Below, piece by piece: positions 7,377 through 17,162 of a stretch of 42,312 bases of DNA. Source of the stretch: a virus (taxonomy: Duplodnaviria; Caudoviricetes); IMG/VR virus record IMGVR_UViG_3300032212_000038, positions 1 through 42,312 of that record; one strand, written 5' to 3'. Made by a program: the position numbers and the translations under genes. Each line of letters starts with the position of its first letter. The stretch's first letter is position 1. The notes under the pieces were generated by a model. It made no database searches and was not told the DNA's origin. It saw nothing but the letters and a program-made list of their open reading frames with translations.

Positions 7377-9299
7377 TTACGTAGTCTTACCTATTGCTAT
7401 CCATTGGAAAGTCTGTGTACCTGATTCACCATTAACTATACTAAAAGCCGTATTAGTTTTACTGTATACGTGAGATTCGTCTGTTAAACCGACACCAGAT
7501 TTCATTATCTCAGCCAATACAGAATATTCTGTATTGCCATATGCGGAAGGTAGAGTGATAGACTTAGTTGAATTACCAGCTACAGTAGTGTTTCCTGTCT
7601 GTATTGTCAGTCCATCTTCGGTAAAAGTATGCTGAGTCCCAGTGGTGGCAATCCCTGAAACCTTTCCATAACTTCTAACTACTCCGGAAGAAGTGTGCAG
7701 ATCTATAGGTCGCCTATTAGGAAAATAGATTACACTTCCTATCCGAGCACATACCAGAACCCAGTCCTTATCTATTAGCTGTTCTGACACGGCATCATAT
7801 ACTATCCTAAAATTAGCCTGAACAGAGGTCTTCGCTGACCCTATAGGTAGTTCGTACCATAAAGATTCTCCAACGGCTAGATTGACCCCTTCTGATGTTG
7901 CTGTGTCTGCAACAGTAGTCCCGTCTTCTTCGTATATAGACCCTGATACAGGACAGTCTATTTCAAAGATGCCAGAGTTATCAGAGGAGAAAATAGAGCT
8001 TTTAACTGCCCCCCATACCATGAAAGGTTCGTCCCAATATACCCGACTATTAGTTGTTTCAACAGTACCGCCACCGGCGATAGTGCCCTGCGACCTTAAT
8101 TGATCAATACCTACATCAGTAGTTTGAATATATTTAGAGGTAAGTAACGTACCGTCTTCGTAAATAGTTCTAGCATATAAGTTATCCCACTGAGTACCTG
8201 ACGCACCGAGATCATAAGTATTATTTGTTGCAGGTAGTTCATCACCCTCTATGCTTATACTGCCGCTTCCACTATTAGCCAGTACTAGGTCGCCACTTCC
8301 TGATTTACTTAGAGTTAAGTCTGTAGCGCTGGTATCAATTATAGAATTACCGCTTACGTCTAGGTTACCGCCTAATGTAGGAGACAGGTCCTCTACGATA
8401 TTTGATAGATAACTTCCGAAGTCTGATATTTGAGACTCAGTAATAGATATAGAGGCTTGTGTATAGTGTAAAGTTCCATCAGCTATATGATTATCAATAA
8501 CAGGGTGACTATTAGTACCTATATTACTTAAAGCTGTATGATCTGTAGTATTTGTATAGTTACCGGAGTGTATATTAGTAACACCTTGATCTATTGTCCA
8601 ATCTATATGCTCATTGGTTACAAAACCTAATAGGTTGTCATGGCTTACTATAGCTTCTATCTCTCCTGCAGTCTGATCTGCAGTTGCATTCAGTTCTATA
8701 CCATCCAACTTAGTACCATCAGCGGCTACATCCCTACCATCTACAGTTCCTGTTACTGTGATATTACCGGATACGCCTAAAGAGGTAATACCTGAGATAG
8801 TACCACCTGTAATAGAGACAGCATTACTATCTTGATAGGCCATCGTACCTACAGTAGCAGCACCTACGTCTGCCCATACAGCAGCGCCTGTGGAGACATC
8901 AGTTGCTCGATAGATATCACCCAGCGCTGAGTCAATCCACTCTGAACCTACAGAGTATCCTTCAGTCTCATCATTGTTCACTGTAGGAGCAACAGTGGCT
9001 GTATAATTATTCTTGATATATTCAGATACAGTCACACCTATATCTGCATCTTTAAGAATAGTAGCATCAGCAGGCTCTTTAGCATCTAGCTCTGCTTGTA
9101 GATCTGTCTGCTCAGATAGAGTACCAGTGAGCCTACCCCATATGGCAGACGTAGATAAGATGCCTATCTCTTGCAAGGAGCCTTCTACATTATCAGAAGC
9201 GAAGTAATTATTAGTATCTTCAATCGATACATTAATCGCTTTTGTAGTTACTGGTTCTCCAGCAATAGGGACGCCAGCTCCTCTAAAAGTCTTAGACAT
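7377..9299 (-). CDS. Tail fibre / receptor-binding protein
   Basis: T/G/S-rich mosaic (VDGRDVAADGTKLDGIE, DLSPTLGGNLD, NTYDLG); C-terminal GLTIQTG...ITLPSAY...WIAIG lectin-like domain. Confidence 0.85.
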   Translation of the reverse strand: MSKTFRGAGVPIAGEPVTTKAINVSIEDTNNYFASDNVEGSLQEIGILSTSAIWGRLTGTLSEQTDLQAELDAKEPADATILKDADIGVTVSEYIKNNYTATVAPTVNNDETEGYSVGSEWIDSALGDIYRATDVSTGAAVWADVGAATVGTMAYQDSNAVSITGGTISGITSLGVSGNITVTGTVDGRDVAADGTKLDGIELNATADQTAGEIEAIVSHDNLLGFVTNEHIDWTIDQGVTNIHSGNYTNTTDHTALSNIGTNSHPVIDNHIADGTLHYTQASISITESQISDFGSYLSNIVEDLSPTLGGNLDVSGNSIIDTSATDLTLSKSGSGDLVLANSGSGSISIEGDELPATNNTYDLGASGTQWDNLYARTIYEDGTLLTSKYIQTTDVGIDQLRSQGTIAGGGTVETTNSRVYWDEPFMVWGAVKSSIFSSDNSGIFEIDCPVSGSIYEEDGTTVADTATSEGVNLAVGESLWYELPIGSAKTSVQANFRIVYDAVSEQLIDKDWVLVCARIGSVIYFPNRRPIDLHTSSGVVRSYGKVSGIATTGTQHTFTEDGLTIQTGNTTVAGNSTKSITLPSAYGNTEYSVLAEIMKSGVGLTDESHVYSKTNTAFSIVNGESGTQTFQWIAIGKTT

Positions 9300-9301
9300 T
9301 A

Positions 9302-9508
9302 TTAACCTCCGAAGAAACTAATCAGTTTATGCACAGCAGTCCCACCAGCAGCACCGATACCCCCAGCGACTATAATAGCCCCCACAAGTACCCCTTTACC
9401 TCTGTCCATTTGAGACTCTAGGTGATCAACCTTCTCAGTAAGATTGTCCACTGCTTTAGCTAAAGTATCTACTGATGACATTAATTTACCAACTTCTATC
9501 TCGTCCAT
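9302..9508 (-). CDS. Small coiled-coil + C-terminal TM protein (XhlA/holin-like); probable start 9508
   Basis: GAAGGAAGGA RBS; MDEIEVGKL...coiled coil...RGKGVLVGAIIVAGGIG. Confidence 0.6.
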   Translation of the reverse strand: MDEIEVGKLMSSVDTLAKAVDNLTEKVDHLESQMDRGKGVLVGAIIVAGGIGAAGGTAVHKLISFFGG

Positions 9509-9530
9509 TATCCTTCCTTCTAATAAGAGG

Positions 9531-12356
9531 CTACTCATTATTCTCACCAAACATAGTCTTGAGTACCGTAAGGTATCCTCCAAGTGGTAAGGTTTCTGCT
9601 GTATCTGTTAATATGTCTATAGCTTGATCACTATCAGCGATACCGCTAGCTACTTTGTCTAAGCTCTTAAGAGGAGCACTTACAGGGGGAGTGATAACAT
9701 CCACTGCAGCGTCCCACACACCCTGCGCCCCCTTATCGCCGTACTTATCTACTACGTACTTAGAGGTACCTAGGTTACGATAAAGGTTAGCTATTACAAC
9801 ATCATCGAAATCCACGTCCTTACCACGTATCCAGTTCTTAACTTGGTCTACTCCAGCATTAGCCCCTGTAAACATTAGCCCAAAAGTGAGTAAGTTCTTA
9901 GTACCTTCTGTTACCTGACCCCTAGCTATCTTCTGAAAAGCCTCTCTACGCATCAAGTCAAACTGCTTAACGGTGAAAGTCTTAAGCATGTATAACATTC
10001 TACCTTTAGGATGCTCTAAGTACCACTTAGGCATTTGAGATAAGGCTATAGGTTGTGCCCTTGATAGATCATTCCAAAGTACGTATTTAGAGAGATCAGT
10101 AAGTTTACCACCTTTAAGATCCTCAATAACCTTACCTAGTTCAGCAGGAGTGAAAGCACCTCTATAGTCTCTTATAAACTTCTCTAAACCTTTAGGATTA
10201 TTAGGGCTTAGTATCTTACTATGTTTAGCTAAAGAGGCGTTAAGATGTACAGTCTTACCAAAACGATCCACTGCTTTAAACCCTGACCACTTAAGTACAC
10301 CGTCTAGTGCCCTTGCAGATGACAGGTTATCAGCAAACTCATGAGATATTAAATCTAATCCTATCTTATGAGGAGTAGCTACACTCTTACCTGTTAGTAT
10401 CTTAGTCGTAGCCTTGATAGTAGGGATTAGTCCATTCACTTGAGCCGATAAAGCTATATCCCCTACCTGAGTAAGTGCAGAAGTAGGATGGCCTAGTGTC
10501 CACATGTATAGTAAGTTCTTACCACGTTGCATCCACTTAGGGGCAAACTTCTCACCTTCTCCAAATCTTGCTTGAAGGAGCGGTTTGATCTTAGCGGCAT
10601 CAGTCATAGTCAACTTACCAGCTTTAATCTCTTTAGCTAATAGATCAGAGATACTTCCGCCTAATGCCTCAGGCCCCATATCACCCTTATGGTAATCAAA
10701 AGCAGTGTACTTACTCTTACTAGCGTCCTTGATACCGAGGAATCTATTCTTCTCTATACTTGAGATAGCCCTGTGCAGGTAAGTGTCTAGTTGCTCTGCA
10801 GCATCAGTATAGAAGGGTAGCATCTTTTCATCTACCTCATCGATAGTTCTTTGCTTGAAAGTAGTAGATGCCTTAATAGGTATCTCTCCGTGCATACGAA
10901 GATCGCCCTTGATAATACGTCCTAGTTCTTTCTCTGTGACACTGCGTCCTACCTTAGCTTCATAAGCCTTCACTTGTCTTTCAAGTACGCTCTCAGGTAC
11001 ATCTACTCCCATATGCTTAGCAAGACCTTTATAGTCTTTTACACTACGAGGGAAGAAAGTCTCTACTTTACCCACTTTATGACCTGTCGCTATAAGCTCG
11101 TCATGTATACTTCCAAGTCTACGAGCTACTGGGAGCCAAGAATTAAATAGCTTCTCGTTCCCCGGCTTAGACATAAAAGATCCTATCTCTTTTATCTTAC
11201 CATTAAATAGCATGACAGATAGGTGTCTTTGTTCAGCTTCAGGTAATTCTCTAAATGCTGTTTGGAAGTTACGAGCTAGGTCTTTACTCTCCAATAATTT
11301 AGTATGTAGGTTATGTTCATACCTGTTCATAACCATAGCCATACGAGGACTTACTTTATCTATAGCAGTAATCATGGTGCCGATAGTGTCTTCTACCATC
11401 TTAGCACCTGCTGTACCCCACTCATGTATTGTTTTTAGAGACTGGTGTTTGTCAGCTATAGCAGCTATCTTAGTCTTGATAGGCTGGGCTTGCTTAAGAT
11501 AAGCCTGTGCTGCGTCCTGCCCATAAACATTAGCATATTTATCAGCTCTCTTAGTAGCCCACTTAAGCTCAGAAGGTACAATACCTACATCTCTCATAGA
11601 CCTAGCTACAACTTCTTGGTGATCAGTTAAGCCTTGAGCTTTATATTTATTAGCAGCAATTTCAAACTTATTAACGATACCTGCAGCTTTCTTACCTGTA
11701 AAGTACTTACCAAGAGCCTTAGAGGCAGCAGGGATAGCAAGATCAAGAGACCCAGCTAAACCAGACTGAAGAGCAGCATTCGTTACATCCACTTCTACAT
11801 CTGCTGTAATATCACGAAAGGCACTAGAAAGTCCTGCACCGGTAGCTACACCTGTAGCCCTAGCAAGGATACTCCCGGCCTTAATAGTAGTCGCTACGCC
11901 CCCACCAAGAGCCATGAGAGGTATCTCAGTACCTAACTCTACGCCTACATCTTTGATATCCTGCATAGAGATACCAGCTTTATTAATTGGGTACTTATTA
12001 CCTTCCCATTCAACATAAGCTACATCCGTATCTTTATCATAATCTACTACTTGGATAGTAGGATCAATACCTTGTAGGGCTTTAAGTTTATCTATCTCTT
12101 GACGAGGTTGCAATAAAGCATCCTGCATATCATAATATTTAGTAAGCTCTTGACGCTCATCCTCTGTACCATGAAAACCACCGAATTCAAAGGCACCGAT
12201 ACGGTTTCCTGCATTAGGGAAACGCTCTAGTCTCTTAGTATTAATAGCTTCTAGAAGCTCTACCTCTTCCTCTTTTACAGGAGCAGGGGCAGCTTGCATA
12301 GACTCTAGTTCTAGGAGTTCCAGATACTCTAACTCTTCTTGTTCAGATAGTGCCAT
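9531..12356 (-). CDS. Large internal virion / DNA ejection protein
   Basis: 941 aa, helical; third of three genes after the tail genes, as in podoviruses. Confidence 0.7.
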   Translation of the reverse strand: MALSEQEELEYLELLELESMQAAPAPVKEEEVELLEAINTKRLERFPNAGNRIGAFEFGGFHGTEDERQELTKYYDMQDALLQPRQEIDKLKALQGIDPTIQVVDYDKDTDVAYVEWEGNKYPINKAGISMQDIKDVGVELGTEIPLMALGGGVATTIKAGSILARATGVATGAGLSSAFRDITADVEVDVTNAALQSGLAGSLDLAIPAASKALGKYFTGKKAAGIVNKFEIAANKYKAQGLTDHQEVVARSMRDVGIVPSELKWATKRADKYANVYGQDAAQAYLKQAQPIKTKIAAIADKHQSLKTIHEWGTAGAKMVEDTIGTMITAIDKVSPRMAMVMNRYEHNLHTKLLESKDLARNFQTAFRELPEAEQRHLSVMLFNGKIKEIGSFMSKPGNEKLFNSWLPVARRLGSIHDELIATGHKVGKVETFFPRSVKDYKGLAKHMGVDVPESVLERQVKAYEAKVGRSVTEKELGRIIKGDLRMHGEIPIKASTTFKQRTIDEVDEKMLPFYTDAAEQLDTYLHRAISSIEKNRFLGIKDASKSKYTAFDYHKGDMGPEALGGSISDLLAKEIKAGKLTMTDAAKIKPLLQARFGEGEKFAPKWMQRGKNLLYMWTLGHPTSALTQVGDIALSAQVNGLIPTIKATTKILTGKSVATPHKIGLDLISHEFADNLSSARALDGVLKWSGFKAVDRFGKTVHLNASLAKHSKILSPNNPKGLEKFIRDYRGAFTPAELGKVIEDLKGGKLTDLSKYVLWNDLSRAQPIALSQMPKWYLEHPKGRMLYMLKTFTVKQFDLMRREAFQKIARGQVTEGTKNLLTFGLMFTGANAGVDQVKNWIRGKDVDFDDVVIANLYRNLGTSKYVVDKYGDKGAQGVWDAAVDVITPPVSAPLKSLDKVASGIADSDQAIDILTDTAETLPLGGYLTVLKTMFGENNE

Positions 12357-13306
12357 TATTTCTTCTGCTTAGCTCTTAGTTCTTCCAGTCGTTTCTTCTG
12401 TTCAGGAGTAAGACCGCCACCGGCCACAGAGCCTGTGATGCCGAAGAACTGATCCATTTTAGACTGATCCATAACAGGTTCCTTGAACCCTAAGAGGTTC
12501 GTGTCTGTCTTAATAACCTCAGCCTTTCTAGCGTCTTTTAACACTTGGCGTGTAAGCTTGATACGATTAGCTGGAGTAAGATCCATTCTCTTATCTTCAG
12601 CTCTTTTATTTACTTCACCAGCTACTAGGTTTAAGAAAGGGTCATGTGTTTCTGCATCATATTCATCAGCAAAATCCATATCCTTATAGAGGTTTTTAGC
12701 CTGAGTAAGTGCAAACTCTACGTCTGTCTTACTAACCTTAGTGTCTCTAGGAGCAGGAGGTTTAGGAGGCTTAGCCTCACCTTCCTCTCTAGTCCACAGT
12801 ACTTTACCGGACTGAGGATCAACTGCTGTTTGGACAACAGTAGGTTTATTATTACGCATTACTGTGCTCTTGGTAATCGTAGGCTTATCACCTCTATCCA
12901 CCTTAGTCTTAGCTGCTTCAATAGTAGAGAGTTGTGCAAACTTCTTAAGAGCATCTTGAGCAGCTACCATATCCCCCTCCTCCATAAATACTTTCATAGC
13001 ATTAGAGTAGAATTGAGACGTTGTAGGATCAGAACCTTCCTCCGCAGAGAGACGATCAATAATATGTTGCCTTGTCTGAGCACGTAATACTTCAGGGTTC
13101 TTCTCTACTTCCGGAGACTGAGCTACTAACGCTGCTCCTGCTGCTCGACCTAGTTCAGCTAACCGTCCAGCTAGTCCAGCCCCACCTCCAGTACCTAACC
13201 TTTGTAGTAAGGCACCTTGCTGTTTACTAAAGTCCCCCATGATGCGAGTTTTGATCTCCTCAGGAGTCTCAAAACCAAACAGCGTATTTCTAGATTCATT
13301 TGCCAT
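12356..13306 (-). CDS. Internal virion / ejection protein
   Basis: 316 aa; position; TAATG coupling to the 941 aa gene. Confidence 0.6.
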   Translation of the reverse strand: MANESRNTLFGFETPEEIKTRIMGDFSKQQGALLQRLGTGGGAGLAGRLAELGRAAGAALVAQSPEVEKNPEVLRAQTRQHIIDRLSAEEGSDPTTSQFYSNAMKVFMEEGDMVAAQDALKKFAQLSTIEAAKTKVDRGDKPTITKSTVMRNNKPTVVQTAVDPQSGKVLWTREEGEAKPPKPPAPRDTKVSKTDVEFALTQAKNLYKDMDFADEYDAETHDPFLNLVAGEVNKRAEDKRMDLTPANRIKLTRQVLKDARKAEVIKTDTNLLGFKEPVMDQSKMDQFFGITGSVAGGGLTPEQKKRLEELRAKQKK

Positions 13307-13307
13307 C

Positions 13308-13970
13308 TTATTTAAACCCGCCTGCAGCCCACCCAGTTAATGCTCCGGTACCTAAGCCTGCTAGTAAGGAAGGCATTTGCTGACTTGCCGCTATCTGATT
13401 CTGGATATTAAACATCTGTGCCTGTTGAGCGCCTTGTCCTGCCTGTAAGCCTAAAGCTAATTGAGACTGGCCTATACCTTGTAAGCCTATACCTGCTTGT
13501 AATTCTGCTAGACCTCTACCAAACATACCCTGTTGTACTTGTTGTGCAGTACCGAAGGCTTGGTTAAGTTGTCGTGCTCTCTCAGCCTCTATAGTAGACT
13601 CTAAGCCCTGAAACTCAAAAGCACCACCAGTACTACCTAGTCGGCCTTGTGATAAGAGACGGCTCTCTAGTCCTTGCCTCTGCCTCTCACGACCACCTGC
13701 TAAGATCTGATCCATCCTACCGAATAAGGTCTCTGCTGCAGCGTAAGGATCATACCCGCCTGCTGCTGCAATACCTTCCCTACCACCACCTAGTAATTGT
13801 TCATAAGTAGCTTGTAGTTCAGGAGATAATTGGAATGTACCAACGCCTTCATCAAAGGTAGCTGTCCCTGCACCTGATGTAATATCCATTGGAGTGAACT
13901 CAGCAGTAGGTATATCATTTGGATCAGTGGTTAGACCTATAGCATTTGTAACGTCACTAAATAAACTCAT
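13308..13970 (-). CDS. Internal virion / DNA transfer protein (G/Q/A-rich)
   Basis: ESRLLSQGRLGSTGG motif; G/Q/A-rich composition; position. Confidence 0.65.
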   Translation of the reverse strand: MSLFSDVTNAIGLTTDPNDIPTAEFTPMDITSGAGTATFDEGVGTFQLSPELQATYEQLLGGGREGIAAAGGYDPYAAAETLFGRMDQILAGGRERQRQGLESRLLSQGRLGSTGGAFEFQGLESTIEAERARQLNQAFGTAQQVQQGMFGRGLAELQAGIGLQGIGQSQLALGLQAGQGAQQAQMFNIQNQIAASQQMPSLLAGLGTGALTGWAAGGFK

Positions 13971-13990
13971 CTTATTCTAAACCTCTACTG

Positions 13991-14773
13991 TTAAACAGTT
14001 CCAAATACTATGACTCTATAATCAAGAGTTTGTGTACTAGTTGCTGGATTATATAAATACAGGTCTAGTGTTCCCGCAGCTACTGATACAAGTGAAGGGG
14101 TGCCTGTGCCTCCCCAATAACCATCATCTGAAACAACAGCCCAAGTAATAGTACTAGTAAAAGTAGTACTATGCTTGGCCATAACCGCTACACCATAGAC
14201 AGTATCTATATTAGTAAGTGTCAGTGTTCTTCTTGACGACCAAGATGATGCACCTACGCCTGTAATAGACCCAGAGAACATATCGACTGGCATATTAGCA
14301 GTAGGGACTAGAGCACTAGCATCTAACTGTACCACGTTACTAGCACTATTAGGACTGTTTACTATAGTCAGATCACCGGTAACACCGTCTAGTTCATTCA
14401 GCTCATCTACTGTGACTGTAGCACCGTCTAAGATATTAAGCTCACCTACGGTAGCAGTAATACCATCTAGTGTATTAAGTTCACCTGTGGTAGCAGTAAT
14501 ACCGTCTAGTGTATTAAGTTCCGCAGCAGTAGCAGTTACTTCCCCGCCAGTACCAGAGAAGAAGAAACCTGAATCTGTTAAGTCACCGGATGCAGATAAG
14601 CCTGCCATATTACCAGTGGTAGCAGGCAGTTTCTTATTGCTCTTAGTGGCAATAGCAGTAGCTATGTTATTGTATTCGTCATCATGCTCTGTTCCAGAGA
14701 CAACCTTATTAGGGTCTCCGGTAGTCAGGCCGTCTTTAACACCGAAGTCAGTAGTCTTAGAATAATCACTCAT
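13991..14773 (-). CDS. Short tail fibre / tail needle-like protein
   Basis: N-terminus YSKTTDF..KD.L..GDPNKVV.GTE.DDE.NNI.TAIATK; internal ELNxLDG repeats. Confidence 0.7.
   Translation of the reverse strand: MSDYSKTTDFGVKDGLTTGDPNKVVSGTEHDDEYNNIATAIATKSNKKLPATTGNMAGLSASGDLTDSGFFFSGTGGEVTATAAELNTLDGITATTGELNTLDGITATVGELNILDGATVTVDELNELDGVTGDLTIVNSPNSASNVVQLDASALVPTANMPVDMFSGSITGVGASSWSSRRTLTLTNIDTVYGVAVMAKHSTTFTSTITWAVVSDDGYWGGTGTPSLVSVAAGTLDLYLYNPATSTQTLDYRVIVFGTV
14373..14540 (-). repeat. 39-nt (13 aa) coding tandem repeat, about 4 copies (TAT..ELN.LDG.)
   Basis: 14412-14450, 14451-14489 and 14490-14528 are near-copies, e.g. gtagcagtaatacc.tctagtgtattaagttc. Confidence 0.85.
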
Positions 14774-16464
14774 AGTACCATCTTACCTAATTTTAATTGT
14801 GTTGTTAGTCTCTGGAAAGCTACGAACCTTCCGTTACATACAGTCTCAATCCCGACTTTCATTATACGACCAGTGCCTATTATAGATCTCTGCAGTCTAG
14901 TGAAATCTAATCCACCTGAGAACTCACTTATACCATACTCACCTATACCATACTCATCTACACTACCAAGCGTAGCGCTTATGGTAGCAGATTTAAAGGA
15001 TAAAGAGTAATCAAATGCCCACTTAAATAAGAAATCCTGACCGATACCACCATAGGCAGTAATAGACATCCTCTTAGGGAGCTTAAGCATACTAGACACC
15101 TCACCGCCAAAGTCTGTCCAACCTGACTCGAATACTATGTCATACGGAGTACCGCCAGAAGCATCACTAGTTACTCCATCTAAATAGTCAGAGTATGTAT
15201 TTATATAACCCGCACTACCTATATACAGCGTACCACTAATAGCAGACATGAAGGCGGTGAATGTGCCTTCCCATTCAGTAACTTTAATCGATCCATCTTC
15301 CATAGGTTGCCTAATATCGAAACAGAAGATAGTGTTGTTAGCCGGTAATGATAGTAGGTACATACCCTCTTTAGCATGATATACTGATTTAATCTCCGCA
15401 GAGGTCTCCTCGAAAGCGCTGTCAAGTAGATACTGTCGAATATTCTTACTAATGTCTCTCACAGGCATACTCTTCTCTTGGATAGTACGACCTAATGAAC
15501 GTACTCCAGAGTTAGATAGGAATAGAATATCAGTACCAATATCTTGTACTGTATCCCTACCTAAGCAACCTACACCGTCTATGTTCTCTACCAGTGACAT
15601 ACTAGTTACATCATCGTAGTTCTGATAGACAGTTATTGTCTTCTTACCTAATATACACAAGTGGCCATTGAACTCCGCCAAGGCTACGCCTACATCCATA
15701 CCATTACGCCATACAAGCTTAAGATCGAACTGATTGATTGTATTAGTAGTATCCCAAGTCTGAGGGATTAAAGTCTGACTGTAGCTTAACTGGGTACCGT
15801 TTATAACCCATAGTCTACCACCGGCAGCTATAGCAGCATTACCCTCTGGAATCTTATGCGTAGTCCAAGTAACTGTACCGTCAGAAGTGGTTTGCCCCTC
15901 GGAAGTATTCCAAGCAGGCTCAGTTCCTGCAGACGTACCCGAGGTACTACAGTAAAGATAGTAGTCTGTAGCAGTAGTAGGGATAACAATATCACCTTCT
16001 AGGTAAGCAGTAGATCCAGCCCAATCAGTATGCTCCTCTATAAGAGGTGTAAATGTACCTGAACCTTTATAGATGATAGGGTCGTGTGCATCTTGGAAGC
16101 CTATCACATTACCGTTAAAGTTTACAAACTGCCAATGGTCAGCAGTGATTGTTAATGTACCTGTAATATCTGTAAGTGAATCCCCGTCCACATAAAATAA
16201 ACTGTTATTAGCAGTTACAATAATAGTGCTATTACCTGAAATATCAATATATTCGTGGATCGTATTAACATCAGCAGAGCCAGTAATAGGAGTAGCATTA
16301 ACTTGAGCAGTCCCCTTCCTAGCAGCTAACCTACCTACGTTATCGAATACAAGATTCTTAGCAACAGTAACCCAACCAGTAGGTAGTATATCCCCTGAAT
16401 TCTGCTTATTTAAACCTAAGAACCCCGGAGCTTGTATTGAGTAGTCTAGTAGTGAACTAGGCAT
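14770..16464 (-). CDS. Tail tubular B / nozzle (packaged-DNA stabilisation) protein
   Basis: 564 aa beta-rich; APGFLGLN, GRLAARKG and GCLGRDTVQDIGTDILFLS.SGVRSL; follows the adaptor gene. Confidence 0.75.
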   Translation of the reverse strand: MPSSLLDYSIQAPGFLGLNKQNSGDILPTGWVTVAKNLVFDNVGRLAARKGTAQVNATPITGSADVNTIHEYIDISGNSTIIVTANNSLFYVDGDSLTDITGTLTITADHWQFVNFNGNVIGFQDAHDPIIYKGSGTFTPLIEEHTDWAGSTAYLEGDIVIPTTATDYYLYCSTSGTSAGTEPAWNTSEGQTTSDGTVTWTTHKIPEGNAAIAAGGRLWVINGTQLSYSQTLIPQTWDTTNTINQFDLKLVWRNGMDVGVALAEFNGHLCILGKKTITVYQNYDDVTSMSLVENIDGVGCLGRDTVQDIGTDILFLSNSGVRSLGRTIQEKSMPVRDISKNIRQYLLDSAFEETSAEIKSVYHAKEGMYLLSLPANNTIFCFDIRQPMEDGSIKVTEWEGTFTAFMSAISGTLYIGSAGYINTYSDYLDGVTSDASGGTPYDIVFESGWTDFGGEVSSMLKLPKRMSITAYGGIGQDFLFKWAFDYSLSFKSATISATLGSVDEYGIGEYGISEFSGGLDFTRLQRSIIGTGRIMKVGIETVCNGRFVAFQRLTTQLKLGKMVL

Positions 16465-17105
16465 TATCTAATTTCCCAAACCATCTCATCTGGAGTATCA
16501 GACGAGCCTAACATAATAGCAGTACCTAGTGCTTTTTGATAAGCCATCTGAGCTGCAGCATAAGAAGTTGTACCTTCCTCGCCTCGTTCAGATAAAGCCC
16601 TAGCATAAGTTCCTAGTATTACAGGCCAGCTATTAATAGTGATAATATCACCCTCATCAGATAAGTCAGCCTGAGGTATGATCATGTTATAATTAATGAC
16701 ATGTACTCCATCAGGTATAGGATATAGATCTACATCAGGGTCACCGTCAGTAGAGCCGTTTATATCATAATAAGTAGGAGTTCCTGTATCAGTATTATAT
16801 AACAGTGCCTCGTTCATAAATTTATAAGGTGCTTTGTAGATAGGACTCTCGTTAGTATAGTCCATCACCTGTAAAATCTTATACCTTGTACCTGCCCCTG
16901 ATAACGTGTAACGGAATGTATCAGCAGCAGTAGTAATCTGTATAGTGGTACGTAGTTGAACCCAATCGAAAGAGTCCTCTACTTCCCGTTTCATCTCATT
17001 AACGAATTCACCTATCATAGCAGAATATGTAGTGTCGTTAATAGTAGTCACTTCATCTTCTCTAAGACGTTTCAGTACAGCGTTAACTATCTCAATGTAT
17101 GTCAT
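16464..17105 (-). CDS. Head-tail adaptor / tail tubular A protein
   Basis: MTYIEIVNAVLKRLRE start; LYPIPDG; directly after the capsid gene. Confidence 0.75.
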   Translation of the reverse strand: MTYIEIVNAVLKRLREDEVTTINDTTYSAMIGEFVNEMKREVEDSFDWVQLRTTIQITTAADTFRYTLSGAGTRYKILQVMDYTNESPIYKAPYKFMNEALLYNTDTGTPTYYDINGSTDGDPDVDLYPIPDGVHVINYNMIIPQADLSDEGDIITINSWPVILGTYARALSERGEEGTTSYAAAQMAYQKALGTAIMLGSSDTPDEMVWEIR

Positions 17106-17121
17106 GTTAAACCTATATTTA

Positions 17122-17150
17122 GAAAAGTAGAAGTGGGGCGTCCTTGCCCC
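17122..17150 (-). terminator. Intrinsic terminator-like hairpin after the major capsid gene
   Basis: Minus strand GGGGC-AAGGAC-GCCCC followed by ACTTCTACTTTTC, 12 nt after the capsid stop. Confidence 0.6.
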
Positions 17151-17162
17151 TATATTATCCTA

